A program made the translations under genes and the position numbers. Shown here in pieces: positions 46,656-57,518 of a stretch of 64,000 nucleotides of DNA (position 1 is its first letter; each line of letters starts with the position of its first letter). The notes beneath the pieces were generated by a model. That model had not been told where the DNA came from, made no database searches, and was given only the letters and a program-made list of their open reading frames with translations. Source of the DNA: an uncultured Planctomycetaceae bacterium (GTDB lineage: Bacteria; Planctomycetota; Planctomycetia; Planctomycetales; Planctomycetaceae); the NCBI GenBank assembly GCA_963815195.1, contig CAWFGE010000020.1:288001-352000 (forward strand), read 5' to 3'.

Positions 46656-46867
46656 TTTACCGCGAAGCGGTTATATGCCAAAGCCCAGGGTCGCGCAGCG
46701 CACCCTGGGTTGGTGATGTTTCATCAGTTCAATACGCCGAAGGCGTTGCACAATCGGTTTGTATAACGCCTTCGGCATAAGGCAATGTATTGTGCATCCA
46801 TACCCAGGGTGGCGCGGCTGCGCCGCTGACCCTGGGCTTTGAAATGTAACGCCTTCGGCGTAAAGAC
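46656..46867. repeat. ~210-bp multi-hairpin palindromic element (MITE/REP-like), copy 1
   Basis: Nested ACGCCGAAGGCGT and CCCAGGG...CCCTGGG hairpins; inverted homolog at 55529-55739. Confidence 0.85.
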
Positions 46868-46915
46868 AGAAATACGCTTGACCGGGACGTACATTAAGAC
46901 ATGGCAAATTCACGC

Positions 46916-47917
46916 ATGCCGGATTTACGCAAAGATCCCATTGTGGGCCGATGGGTGATTATCGCGCCCGACCGGGCCAAACGCCCGGAGGACTTCAGCC
47001 AGCAGTTCCGCGAGACCGCCGGCCGCTACGACCCGTTCGCCGAAGGCCACGAAGAGGCGACGCCCCCCGAAATCCTGGCGTACCGCACCCACGGCTCGGA
47101 ACCCAACGGACCCGGCTGGCGGGTCCGCGTCGTGCCCAACAAATTCCCCGCCCTCCAGGTCGAAGGCGAACTGCACAAGCGCGGCGACGGGATTTATGAC
47201 ATGATGAACGGCATCGGGGCGCACGAAGTCATCATCGAATGCCCCCAGACCGAAACCAGTATGGCCCGGTTGTCCGTCGAGAATATCCGCGAAGTGTTTT
47301 GGGCCTACCGCGATCGGCTGGTGGACTTGAAACGCGACCACCGCCTGTTGCACGGGCTGATCTTCAAGAACAAAGGAGCCGCGGCGGGGGCGTCGCTCGC
47401 GCACAGCCATTCCCAGTTGATCGTCACCTCGGTGGTGCCGATCTCGATTCGCGAAGAGATGACGGGCGCGCTCGACTTCTACAACTACCGCGGCCGGTGC
47501 ATTTACGACGACATGATCCACCAGGAACTGCGGACGGCGAAGCGGGTGGTTTTGGAGACGGAGCAGTTCGTCGCCCTGTGCCCGTTCGCCAGCCGGGTGC
47601 CGTTCGAGATGTGGATCCTGCCCAAGCAGCATTCGAGCCATTACGAGAACATCGGCAAACAAAGCCTGGAGGAATTGGGCGGCGTGATGAAAACCGTGCT
47701 CACCAAGTTGGAACTGGCCCTTGATGATCCGCCGTACAACTATATGATTCACACGGCCCCGTTTGATGTCGCCGAGTTGCCGCACTACCATTGGCATATC
47801 GAAATCCTGCCCCGCCTGACCCGCGTGGCGGGGTTCGAATGGGGCAGCGGGTTTTACATCAACCCCGTCACCCCGGAAGACGCCGCCGACTTCCTCCGCG
47901 GCATGGAAGCGGAGTAA
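46916..47917 (+). CDS. galT: Galactose-1-phosphate uridylyltransferase family (GalT-like)
   Basis: [41 protein letters not shown] (HxHxQ), AGFEWGSG. Confidence 0.9.
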   Translation: MPDLRKDPIVGRWVIIAPDRAKRPEDFSQQFRETAGRYDPFAEGHEEATPPEILAYRTHGSEPNGPGWRVRVVPNKFPALQVEGELHKRGDGIYDMMNGIGAHEVIIECPQTETSMARLSVENIREVFWAYRDRLVDLKRDHRLLHGLIFKNKGAAAGASLAHSHSQLIVTSVVPISIREEMTGALDFYNYRGRCIYDDMIHQELRTAKRVVLETEQFVALCPFASRVPFEMWILPKQHSSHYENIGKQSLEELGGVMKTVLTKLELALDDPPYNYMIHTAPFDVAELPHYHWHIEILPRLTRVAGFEWGSGFYINPVTPEDAADFLRGMEAE

Positions 47918-47925
47918 ACGAGGCA

Positions 47926-48042
47926 ACCACGAAGGCACGAAGGACAAGGGCCGAAACCCCGAAGGAATTGAAAGATAAAATTCTGCGTCAATTGCGCGCA
48001 TTTTCATGGGGCTTTCTCAGTCTATGTTCGTGCCTTCGTGGT
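47926..48042. repeat. 16-bp perfect inverted repeat in the intergenic region
   Basis: ACCACGAAGGCACGAA (47926-47941) / TTCGTGCCTTCGTGGT (48027-48042). Confidence 0.7.
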
Positions 48043-48259
48043 AAAATCTCTTCGGGGAATTCGTGTTCCCGGGACGGAACTTTAGGCGGTTTTTGAAGAT
48101 TGCGGGAAATTTGCGGATCAAATCATTCAGGCGGAAGGCGGTTGGGTTTGGATTTTGACAATTTCTGCCCGCGTTGGGAAAACTCCTGAGCGCTGCTTTC
48201 GCCATGCACCGAAAAAACACTGAGCCTTTATTTCATTCCGGAAGGAAAGGACGCTTTCC

Positions 48260-50452
48260 ATGAGCCAGATCCGTTTGGTTCTCGCCATTCACAATCACCA
48301 GCCCATCGGGAATTTCGAAAGCGTTTGCGAGCAATCCTTCCGCGACAGTTACGGGCCGTTTCTGGACGTGCTCGAAGACTATCCGGAGCTGCCGATTTCG
48401 CTGCACACGTCGGGGAGCCTGTTGGAATGGCTCGCGGTGGCGCATCCGGAATATATCGACCGGGTGCGGATGTTCGTCGAGCGCGGGCAGGTGGAGATTC
48501 TGGGCGGGCCGTTTTACGAGCCGATCTTGTCTTCGATTCCCCGCCGAGACCGCGTGGGGCAGATCGTGGCCTATTCCCGCTATTTGAAGCAAATGTTCGG
48601 AGCGGACGTTCGCGGGATGTGGGTGCCGGAACGCGTTTGGGAGCAGGCGTTTGCCTCCGACATCGCCCGCGCGGGCATCGAATACACAATTCTGGACGAC
48701 TACCACTTCCGCGGTGCGGGTCTCTCGTCCGATCAGCTTTGGAGCTATTACCTGACCGAAGATGAAGGCCGGCTTTTAAAGGTCTTCCCCGGCAGCGAAC
48801 GGCTGCGATATACGATCCCCTTCGAGGACCCGCAGGCGACGATCGACTACCTCCGCGAACTCGCGTACAAACACCCCAACTCGGTGTGCACGTTCGGCGA
48901 TGATGGCGAGAAATTCGGCACGTGGCCCAACACGAAAAAACACGTTTACGAAGATGGCTGGCTGCGGCGGTTTTTTGATGCTCTCCGGGCCAACGGGGAT
49001 TGGCTGAAAGTCGCCACGCTTTCGGAAGCCGTCGATCAAGTCGCTCCCGCGGGCGAGATTTATATTCCCGATTGCAGCTACCGCGAAATGAACGAATGGG
49101 CTTTGCCCACGGGCCGGCAGATCGAACTCAAATCGCTGCAAATCAAGAAGAAAGACGATCCCGATTGGACCGCGATCCGCAGTTTCATCCACGGCGGCTA
49201 CTGGCGGAATTTCCGCGTGAAATATCCGGAAGCCCACGAAATGTACGCCCGGATGCTGGGCATTAGCGAACGGCTGGAGTCGCTGACCAAAAACGGTTCC
49301 ATAACCAATGACGAAGCCGAGCCGCTCAACCAGGCCCGGACGGAACTCTACCGCGCCCAGTGCAATTGTTCGTACTGGCACGGAGCCTTTGGCGGGTTGT
49401 ATTTGCCGCACTTGCGAAACGCCGTGTATCGGCATTTGATCGCCGCCGACACGCTGCTCGAACAAGCGACCGGGCGGAGCGGATCCTGGCTGGAAATCAC
49501 CGCCGACGATTTCGACCGCGATGCCCGCAAGGAAGTCCGGCTGGCGAGCGACCGGTTCGCGGCGTGGCTGGCTCCCGCGCGGGGCGGACATCTCTACGAA
49601 CTCGATGTGCGATCCGCCCGGCACAATCTGCTCGCGACATTAAACCGCCGGCCCGAGCCTTATCATGAAGTCGTCCTCAAAGCCGGCCAGCAAAGGGACA
49701 ACGGCGAGCACCATGGGGATGGCGTCGCGAGCATTCACGACATGGTCCACTTCAAACAGCCCGACCTCGATAAGAAAATCGCCTACGACAACTGGCCGCG
49801 GAAGAGTCTGATCGATCACTTCCTGCAGCCGGGGTTGAGCCTCGAAGAGTTTCTGCAAAACCGCGGCGACGTTGGCGATTTTGTCCACGGAGTCTATGAA
49901 GCCACGCTCCGCCGCTCCGACAACCGGGTGGAAGCGGTGTTGGCCCGGCAAGGGAATGTGGGACCGTATTCGGTCAAGCTTTCCAAAACCGTGGCCTTGG
50001 GTGCCGAGAACCCCGGCCGCTTGGAAGTCGTGTATCGCCTTGAAAACCTGCCGCTGGATGTGCCGATCCACTTTGCGGTCGAGTTCAACTTCGCCGGCCT
50101 GCCCGCGGGCGCTCCGGATCGATATTATTACGATGCGAACCGCCAGCAACTCGGCCAGTTGGAGACGATTCAGTCTCTGCCCGAATCGCAAACGATCGGT
50201 TTGATGGATGAATGGCTCGGCATCGATGCGTCGCTCGATCTTTCACAGCCGGCGGAGATCTGGACGTTTCCGATCCAGACCATCAGCCAATCCGAAGGCG
50301 GGTTCGAGTTGGTGCATCAAAGCTCGGCGGTGGTTCCACATTGGCAGTTCACGGCCGACCCGTCCGGCCGCTGGGGCGTGCGGATTTCGCTGAATGTCGA
50401 CACCTCCAAAGCCCAGATTCGCCAACTCCACGAAGCCGCCGTGATGAGCTGA
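48260..50452 (+). CDS. GH57 alpha-amylase / 4-alpha-glucanotransferase
   Basis: HNHQPIGNF, GGPFYEPIL, WVPERVWE, GDDGEKFG, QCNCSYWHGAFGGLYLPHLR. Confidence 0.92.
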   Translation: MSQIRLVLAIHNHQPIGNFESVCEQSFRDSYGPFLDVLEDYPELPISLHTSGSLLEWLAVAHPEYIDRVRMFVERGQVEILGGPFYEPILSSIPRRDRVGQIVAYSRYLKQMFGADVRGMWVPERVWEQAFASDIARAGIEYTILDDYHFRGAGLSSDQLWSYYLTEDEGRLLKVFPGSERLRYTIPFEDPQATIDYLRELAYKHPNSVCTFGDDGEKFGTWPNTKKHVYEDGWLRRFFDALRANGDWLKVATLSEAVDQVAPAGEIYIPDCSYREMNEWALPTGRQIELKSLQIKKKDDPDWTAIRSFIHGGYWRNFRVKYPEAHEMYARMLGISERLESLTKNGSITNDEAEPLNQARTELYRAQCNCSYWHGAFGGLYLPHLRNAVYRHLIAADTLLEQATGRSGSWLEITADDFDRDARKEVRLASDRFAAWLAPARGGHLYELDVRSARHNLLATLNRRPEPYHEVVLKAGQQRDNGEHHGDGVASIHDMVHFKQPDLDKKIAYDNWPRKSLIDHFLQPGLSLEEFLQNRGDVGDFVHGVYEATLRRSDNRVEAVLARQGNVGPYSVKLSKTVALGAENPGRLEVVYRLENLPLDVPIHFAVEFNFAGLPAGAPDRYYYDANRQQLGQLETIQSLPESQTIGLMDEWLGIDASLDLSQPAEIWTFPIQTISQSEGGFELVHQSSAVVPHWQFTADPSGRWGVRISLNVDTSKAQIRQLHEAAVMS

Positions 50453-50537
50453 CGCGAGTCTTCCGCATCGGCGGCTTCCCAGCCCTCGCACGCTTTTGGA
50501 TCGTCAGACCGATCGAATCGGCGAACTCTCGCGAGGG

Positions 50538-51092
50538 TTACGGGCTGAAGGCTTTGTGGAGCCGTTCGAGGATGTCTTCTTCGAGCACGAAGTCCCGGCC
50601 TTGGGAAATCCAGCCCGGAGGCGTGATCTGGCCCGCAATCAGGTTCAGATCGCGCTCGAGCGGCGTGATGTCCTGGAACGTCGCGCCGCCGGGGGTGCCG
50701 CCCGACAGATCTTCCAGTTCCTTGTAGGCTTCGACGTTGATGAAGTAGCCGCCCTCCGCCGGCGTGATGTTCACAACGACCCGGCGGCGGATGGATTGCA
50801 GCGTGCTTTCCAGCCGTTGGTACGCCCCCACCGATTCCTTATGCCAAGGCTCCAATAGCCCCGAACCGGTTTTGTAGTCCGTTTCGATCACCCCGTCCAA
50901 ACGGTCTTCACGGCGGATGAAGAACGGATATTTGTGGAGCACATCGACCGTCCGCTCCCACACCGCGTTTTGGTTGTTCGACGCCACGAACAACGGTTGC
51001 CCGATCGGTCCCGGGGTGGCCTTGCGCAAATTGTGGCAGCCCCCGCACGCGAGCAGGCAGAATAAGATCAAGAGCAATCGGGAATGTCGCAT
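50538..51092 (-). CDS. Hypothetical lipoprotein
   Basis: Signal peptide with lipobox-like ACGGC; conserved-looking W, LEPW and GRD motifs. Confidence 0.7.
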   Translation of the reverse strand: MRHSRLLLILFCLLACGGCHNLRKATPGPIGQPLFVASNNQNAVWERTVDVLHKYPFFIRREDRLDGVIETDYKTGSGLLEPWHKESVGAYQRLESTLQSIRRRVVVNITPAEGGYFINVEAYKELEDLSGGTPGGATFQDITPLERDLNLIAGQITPPGWISQGRDFVLEEDILERLHKAFSP

Positions 51093-51379
51093 ACGTTCCC
51101 AACATTCGGCGGCGAGAGATCGGTGCAGACGGGCGTCGATCGGAAGAAGGGCAATTGAATTTCGAGGGAAAGTCGCGTAGTGTGCCAGCAACCGCCAAAG
51201 CCTGCAAGACCAGTTTTTTTCGGACCGAAAACCGGTCGGGCCGGGTAAGTCGTTTCACGAAAAATCGTGAGAGCCGCGGGTTCGTTGACACTTCCCGGCG
51301 GGGCGTTATCGTGGAATGAAGTCTCGCCCGCGTGCCGGCCCGAATTCCGGCTTTCGATTTCCCAGGAGAGCAAAAACCG

Positions 51380-54300
51380 ATGCAGATCCGTCCGATATTC
51401 TTGGCCCGTGGTGTTCTGGTTGTTTGTTCCCTGGGACTGCTCGGCGATTTTGCGTGTTCTGCCCCGGCGGCGGAACTCGATCACTCCGAACTTTTAACCT
51501 ACCAGGATGCGAACGGCGAAACGCGGCCCGTCAAATCGGCCAAGGACTGGGCCAAACGCCGGGAGCAAATCCTCGCCGGGATGCAAGAGGCGATGGGCAA
51601 GCTGCCCGACCGCAGCCATCTGCCGGCGTTCGACGCGAAGGTGCTCGCCCGGCAAACGGGCAACGGGTTTGAACGGCAGACGATTTCCTTCGTCGCCGAA
51701 AAAGGCGACCGCATCACCGCGTATTTGTACCTGCCGTTGTCGCGGAAAACCGACGACCGCCGGCCCGCGATGTTGGCGCTGCATCCCACGGGGCCGCAGG
51801 GGAAAGGCATCGTCGCCGGCGAAGGCCCGCTGGCCAACCGCGAGTACGGGCAAGAACTCGCCAAGCGCGGCTACGTCGTGATCTGCCCCGATTACCCGTC
51901 CTTCGGCGATGCCGCGGCTTACGATTTCAATGCTGACAACTACGAATCCGGCACCATGAAGGGCATCTTCAACCACATGCGCTGCGTGGACTATTTGATC
52001 TCCCGCGAGGAAGTCGATCCCGACCGCATCGGCGTCATCGGGCATTCGCTGGGCGGGCACAATGCGCTGTTTGTGGCGGCGTTCGACCCGCGGATCAAGG
52101 CGATCGTTTCCAGTTGCGGTTGGACGCCGTTCCACGATTACTACGGCGGCAAAATCGCCGGCTGGACCAGCGACCGCTACATGCCGCTCCTCAAAACGAA
52201 ATACAGCCTCGATCCCGACAAGGTCCCGTTCGATTTTTACGAAGTCGTGGCCGCGATGGCACCGCGGCCGTTCTTTTCCAATTCGCCGCTGCACGATTCC
52301 AACTTCGATGTGAACGGCGTCAAAAAGACCGAGCCCAAAGCCCGCGAGATTTATAAACTCTTAGGCGCCCCAGATAATCTTGTGTTCCGCTACCCGGATT
52401 GCGAGCACGATTTTCCCACGCCGGTGCGGAACGAAGTGTATGCCTTCCTCGATCGGCACTTCAAATTCTCCCCGGTGACTGGGAAGGACTTCAGTGCGGA
52501 GCTTCCGCGGATTCCGCCCCAATCGCCTAAGGACGCTCTCAGAACCTTCACCGTCTTGAAAGGTTTTCACATCGACCAGACCGCCGCCGAGCCGCTGGTG
52601 AACGATCCGGTGGCGATGGCCTTTGACGAAGACGGCCGCCTCTACGTCGTCGAGATGCGCGGGTATTCCGAGCAGGAGAACGACTTTTTGGGGCAGATTC
52701 GCGTCTTGGAAGACGCCGACGGCGATGGGCATTTCGACAAGAGCCATGTCTTCGCCGACAAACTTTCCTGGCCGACGGCGATTCTCTATTACGACGGCGG
52801 CGTGTTCGTGGCGGCTGCTCCGCATATTTACTATCTGAAAGACACCACCGGCGACGGCCAAGCCAACGAGCGGAAGGTCGTCTTCACCGGCTTCGGCCGC
52901 GGGAACGTGCAGGGGCTCTTGAACAGTTTTCGCTGGGGTCTGGACAACCGCATTCACGGGGCGACCAGCAGCTCCGGCGGCAACATCACCCGGCCCGATC
53001 AGCCCAAAGAACCCGCCGTCAATCTCCGCGGACGGGATTTCTCGTTCGATCCCAAGACCCTCGAAATGCGCCCCGAAAGCGGCGGGGCGCAGCACGGCAT
53101 GGACTTTGACCGTTGGGGCCATAAGTTCGTCTGCTCCAACAGCGACCACATCCAAGCCGTGATGATCGATGAACGCTACCTCGCCCGGAACCCCTACCTC
53201 GCCGTGCCCCGCTCGCGGATCAGCATCGCGGCGGACGGCCCGCAAGCCGAGGTCTATCGCAAAAGCCCCGTCGAGCCCTGGCGGCTCGTCCGCACCCGGC
53301 TCCGCGTCGCGGGTCTGGTGAAAGGTCCCGTCGAAGGCGGCGGACGCGCGGCGGGATACTTCACCGGCTCGACTGGCGTCACCATCTACCGCGGCAACGC
53401 CTGGCCGAAAGAGTATCAAGGTCAAGCCGTGATTGGCGACGTCGGCAGCAACATCATCCACCGCAAAGCCATCGAATGGCACGGCCTCGTTCCGATCGCC
53501 CGCCGGATCGATGAGAATCGCGAGTTCATCGCGTCCACGGACATCTGGTTCCGACCCGTGCAGTTCGCCAACGCTCCCGACGGGGCGCTGCACATTCTCG
53601 ACATGTACCGCGAAGTTATCGAACACCCCAAAAGCCTGCCACCGGAAATCAAAACACATCTCGATTTGACCAGCGGCCGCGACCGGGGCCGGCTGTATCG
53701 CATTCTGCCGGATGGATTCCAACAACCGAAACTCCGCAAACTCAGCACCCTGCCCACCGAGGAACTGGTCGCCGTTTTGGATCACCCCAACGCGTGGCAT
53801 CGGGAGACCGCAGCCCGGTTGCTCTACGAGCGCGGAGAACACACCGCCGTCCTGCCGCTCGCTGAACTCGTCAAGAAGGCCAAAACGCCAGAGGGCCGGA
53901 TGCACGCGCTGTATGTGCTCGCGGGATTAACTGCCCTCGACGAAGCGGAATTGCTGTTGGGATTGAATAACCAGCATCCCCAAGTCCGCCGGCATGCGGT
54001 GCGTTTGACGGAACAGGGCACGCTCAAATCGCCCGCCGTCCGCAAGAAGCTGTTGGAGATGGTCAGCGATCCCAATATCGAAGTGCGGTATCAACTCGCG
54101 CTGACCTTGGGTGATCTCCAATCCCCCCGGACCGCGGAGGCTCTCTCGAAATTGATCGTCCGGGACGTGGGCAGCCAGTGGATGGAGTGGGCGGTGTTGA
54201 GTTCCCTCAGCGAAAACGCGGGCGAGGTGTTTTCGCTGCTCGCCTCTGATGGGAAGTTCGCCAAGGACAAGCCGGGCCTGGCGTTTCTCCAGGAACTCGC

Positions 54301-55384
54301 CACGCTCATCGGCCGCAGTGGCCGGCAGGATGATGTGGCCCATGTGCTCAAATCCATCGAGCCGCTCTCGGCCCAATCGCAAACCACCGCAACCACCGTG
54401 GTGCAAAGCCTCGTGGCGGGGCTCTCCAAATCAAAATCCCAGTTGAAAGGATCCATCTCGACCGGGTCCAAAGCCGGCGAACTGATCGCCTCGCTGATCG
54501 AAAAGTCCCGCAAGCAGGCGAGCGATCCCAAAGCCCCCGCCGATGCCAGAGCCGAGGCGATCCGCACGCTGGCCTTGAGCGACTTCGCCAGCGAGAAAAC
54601 ACACCTCGTGCCTCTCCTGGATTACCGCCAACCGAAGACCGTGCAGTCGGCCGTGGTCTCGGCCCTCGGTCAATTCGCTGCTCCCCAAGTCGCCCCGGTG
54701 CTGCTTGCCCCGTGGTCGCGGTACAGCCCGGAACTTCGCAATCAGGCCCTGTCGGTGTTGCTCACCCGGCCCGCGTGGACGCTCGAACTTTTGGAAGCCG
54801 CGAAGAAAGGCACGATCCCGGCCACGCATCTGTCGCTCCCGCAACTCCGCCTCTTGGCCGACAGCCGGGATAACAAAGTGCAAAGTTTGGCGAAGGAGCT
54901 TTTGGAAGCCCGCAACGTGGGCCGGCGGAGCGATGTCGTCAAAAGCTATCAGAAATCGCTGGCACTTGCGGGCAACGTCGAAACCGGCCGGCAGTTGTTT
55001 AAGAAGAACTGCTCCGCATGCCATCGCGTGGAGAACTTCGGCCGGGAGATCGGCCCGAATCTGGCCGCGATGAAAAATCGAGGCCCCGAGACGATCCTGC
55101 TCAACGTGCTCGATCCCAACCGCGAACTCAACCCGGAGTTCACCGAATACATCGTCGCCACCGAGCAGGGTCAGGTGTTCTCCGGCTTGATCGCCGCCGA
55201 GACCGCCACGAGCATCACGCTGCGTCAAGGCGAGAACAAGGAAGACCGCGTGCTCCTTCGCGTGGACATCGAGGAAATGAAAAACTCCGGCCGGTCTTTG
55301 ATGCCCGAAGGCCTCGAAAAGACCATCGATCAACAAGCGATGGCCGACCTCATCGCGTATTTGACGTCGTTAAAAACGCCATGA
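51380..55384 (+). CDS. Alpha/beta hydrolase fused to a PVC-type heme-binding CxxCH dehydrogenase-like protein
   Basis: GHSLGG nucleophile elbow and EHDF; then 'AAEPLVNDPVAMAFDEDGRLYV' propeller, HEAT-like repeats and CSACH. Confidence 0.88.
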   Translation: MQIRPIFLARGVLVVCSLGLLGDFACSAPAAELDHSELLTYQDANGETRPVKSAKDWAKRREQILAGMQEAMGKLPDRSHLPAFDAKVLARQTGNGFERQTISFVAEKGDRITAYLYLPLSRKTDDRRPAMLALHPTGPQGKGIVAGEGPLANREYGQELAKRGYVVICPDYPSFGDAAAYDFNADNYESGTMKGIFNHMRCVDYLISREEVDPDRIGVIGHSLGGHNALFVAAFDPRIKAIVSSCGWTPFHDYYGGKIAGWTSDRYMPLLKTKYSLDPDKVPFDFYEVVAAMAPRPFFSNSPLHDSNFDVNGVKKTEPKAREIYKLLGAPDNLVFRYPDCEHDFPTPVRNEVYAFLDRHFKFSPVTGKDFSAELPRIPPQSPKDALRTFTVLKGFHIDQTAAEPLVNDPVAMAFDEDGRLYVVEMRGYSEQENDFLGQIRVLEDADGDGHFDKSHVFADKLSWPTAILYYDGGVFVAAAPHIYYLKDTTGDGQANERKVVFTGFGRGNVQGLLNSFRWGLDNRIHGATSSSGGNITRPDQPKEPAVNLRGRDFSFDPKTLEMRPESGGAQHGMDFDRWGHKFVCSNSDHIQAVMIDERYLARNPYLAVPRSRISIAADGPQAEVYRKSPVEPWRLVRTRLRVAGLVKGPVEGGGRAAGYFTGSTGVTIYRGNAWPKEYQGQAVIGDVGSNIIHRKAIEWHGLVPIARRIDENREFIASTDIWFRPVQFANAPDGALHILDMYREVIEHPKSLPPEIKTHLDLTSGRDRGRLYRILPDGFQQPKLRKLSTLPTEELVAVLDHPNAWHRETAARLLYERGEHTAVLPLAELVKKAKTPEGRMHALYVLAGLTALDEAELLLGLNNQHPQVRRHAVRLTEQGTLKSPAVRKKLLEMVSDPNIEVRYQLALTLGDLQSPRTAEALSKLIVRDVGSQWMEWAVLSSLSENAGEVFSLLASDGKFAKDKPGLAFLQELATLIGRSGRQDDVAHVLKSIEPLSAQSQTTATTVVQSLVAGLSKSKSQLKGSISTGSKAGELIASLIEKSRKQASDPKAPADARAEAIRTLALSDFASEKTHLVPLLDYRQPKTVQSAVVSALGQFAAPQVAPVLLAPWSRYSPELRNQALSVLLTRPAWTLELLEAAKKGTIPATHLSLPQLRLLADSRDNKVQSLAKELLEARNVGRRSDVVKSYQKSLALAGNVETGRQLFKKNCSACHRVENFGREIGPNLAAMKNRGPETILLNVLDPNRELNPEFTEYIVATEQGQVFSGLIAAETATSITLRQGENKEDRVLLRVDIEEMKNSGRSLMPEGLEKTIDQQAMADLIAYLTSLKTP

Positions 55385-55528
55385 TTGAGAAGAGGGGAAC
55401 CACGAATCAGACGAATAACACGAATAGTTTTTTAACTCGCGAATTTAGCTTGGAAGGCTTTGAACGGCAGCTCAATTCAACCCTTGGCCTACAACGTGAA
55501 ATCATCGATTTCGTTATCCATAGTTTTC

Positions 55529-55739
55529 GTCTTTACGCCGAAGGCGTTATATCTCAAAGCCCAGGGTCAGCGGCGCAGCCGCGCCACCCTGGGTTTCGAT
55601 GCAAAAATATAGCCATACGCCGAAGGCGTTATACAAAAGACTTGTATAACGCCTTCGGCGTAAGGAATACTTGGGAACCTGATCACCCAGAATGCGCTTC
55701 GCGATTCTGGGCTTTGTGATCTAACCGCTTCGCGGTAAA
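55529..55739. repeat. ~210-bp multi-hairpin palindromic element, copy 2 (inverted relative to 46656-46867)
   Basis: End-to-end similarity to the reverse complement of copy 1. Confidence 0.85.
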
Positions 55740-55806
55740 TACTTCGCGGTCGTACTCCTTTCTCCGTTCCTCGAAAGTTTGCGCCCATAATCACGAGAGG
55801 TGTGTT

Positions 55807-57167
55807 ATGCGATTGACGGTCTTGGCGTTTGCGGCGAGCGTATTTTTGGCTTTGCCGGTGGAGGGCGGTTGGCAGGCGGGGGTGGCGAAAGCCGTCATCA
55901 CGCCGGACAAACCGACGTGGATGTCGGGCTATGCGGGCCGGAATCATCCCGCCGAGGGGACGCTGCATGACCTGTGGGCCAAGGCGTTGGTCTTGGAAGA
56001 TGAAGCCGGCACCCGGGCCGTGCTGATAACCCTCGACCTCGTGGGCATCGATCGGCAGACTTCGCAAACGATTTGCAACGAGATCGAAACCCGCCACAAG
56101 CTGCCGCGGGCCGCGATTGCGATTTGCACGTCCCACACGCACACCGGCCCCGTGGTGGGCACCAACCTGATGTCGATGTACCGGGAGAAACTGGGCGACG
56201 AACAAAAAAAGTCAATTGTCGATTACACCAAGACGCTCACGCAAAAGGTCACGGGCGTCGTGGCCGAGGCGATGAAGAACCTGGCCCCGGCGGAGTTGGC
56301 CGCGGGCAGCGGGCGGGCGACGTTTGCCGTCAACCGCCGCAACAACCGCGAAGCCGATGTCCCCAAGCTTCGCGAAGCCGGCGATCTCAAAGGCCCGATC
56401 GATCATGCCGTGCCGGTGCTCACCGTCCGCGACGGCGGCGGAAAACTCAAAGCGATTGTGGCGGGCTATGCCTGCCATGCGACGGTGTTGTCGTTTTATC
56501 AATGGTCCGGCGACTGGCCCGGCTTTGCCCAGATCGAAATCGAAAAAGACCACCCCGGCGCAGTCGCTCTCTATTGGTGCGGCTGCGGAGCCGATCAGAA
56601 TCCGCTCCCCCGCCGAACCGTCGAGTTGGCCCAGAATTACGGCCGGCAACTCGCGGACGCGGTGAAAGAAGTCGTCGCCGGCAAGATGGCACCGATCGAA
56701 GGTAAGCTGCATCTAAAATACACCGAGATCGATCTGCCGCTCGCCAAGCTGCCCACCGCGGAGGAACTGCAAACAGACACCGAATCCAAAAACGAATACA
56801 TCGCCGCCCGCGCAAAATGCTTTTGGAGCAACTGGCCAAAACCGGCAAGTTGTCCGAGACCTATCCCTATCCGATCCAGCTTTGGGAACTTGGCGATGCG
56901 GTGGATTTTGCGATTTTGGGCGGCGAAGTCGTTGTGGATTATGCGATCCGCCTCAAGACCCTATGGCCCGAAAACAACCTCTGGGTATCGGGCTATGCCA
57001 ACGATGTAATGGCCTACATCCCCTCCCGCCGGGTTCTCAAAGAAGGCGGCTACGAAGGGGCGAGCTCCATGATCTACTACGGCCTCCCCACCGTCTGGTC
57101 CCCGGAAGTTGAAGACATGATCGTCCAGACGCTGTTGACGTTGAAACGACAGAAATCGCAGAAGTAA
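55807..57167 (+). CDS. Neutral/alkaline ceramidase-like exported hydrolase (frameshift near 56815)
   Basis: WQAGVAKAVITP, MSGYAGR, SHTHTGP, YACHAT and GYANDVMAYIPS...EGGYEG motifs. Confidence 0.82.
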
Positions 57168-57179
57168 CGCGAAGGAAAA

Positions 57180-57518
57180 ATGATGACCGAAGCCAAACCC
57201 ATTTCACCCGATGTGGGGACGCGGTTGTTGTTTGAGAACGACCGCGTTCGCGTGTGGGATCTGCGGTTGGAGCCGGGCGAGTCGATCCCGCTGCATCGGC
57301 ACGAGACCGATTATCTGTATGTCGTCATCGGCGACGGCGAGCTGCAAACGGTCTTCGCCGACGGTTCCCGCGATGAGCCGCGAAAAATGCAAGACGGCGA
57401 CGTGCGGTTCCGCAAGGTCGAAGGCGAAGCGGTTCACGAGGCCGTCAACGTCGGCAGCAAACCTTGGCGGAACATTGTGGTGGAACTGAAAGATCCTCGT
57501 CCTCAACAGGAGGCGTGA
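57180..57518 (+). CDS. Cupin domain protein
   Basis: LLFENDRVRVW, LHRHETDY, VHEAVNVG, IVVELK. Confidence 0.85.
   Translation: MMTEAKPISPDVGTRLLFENDRVRVWDLRLEPGESIPLHRHETDYLYVVIGDGELQTVFADGSRDEPRKMQDGDVRFRKVEGEAVHEAVNVGSKPWRNIVVELKDPRPQQEA

Noticed and set aside
46656..55739. Composite transposon bounded by the two 210-bp inverted elements
   Set aside because: There is no transposase inside, no shared target duplication was seen, the copies are diverged, and the left copy splits a coherent GH57-galT-GH57 cluster.
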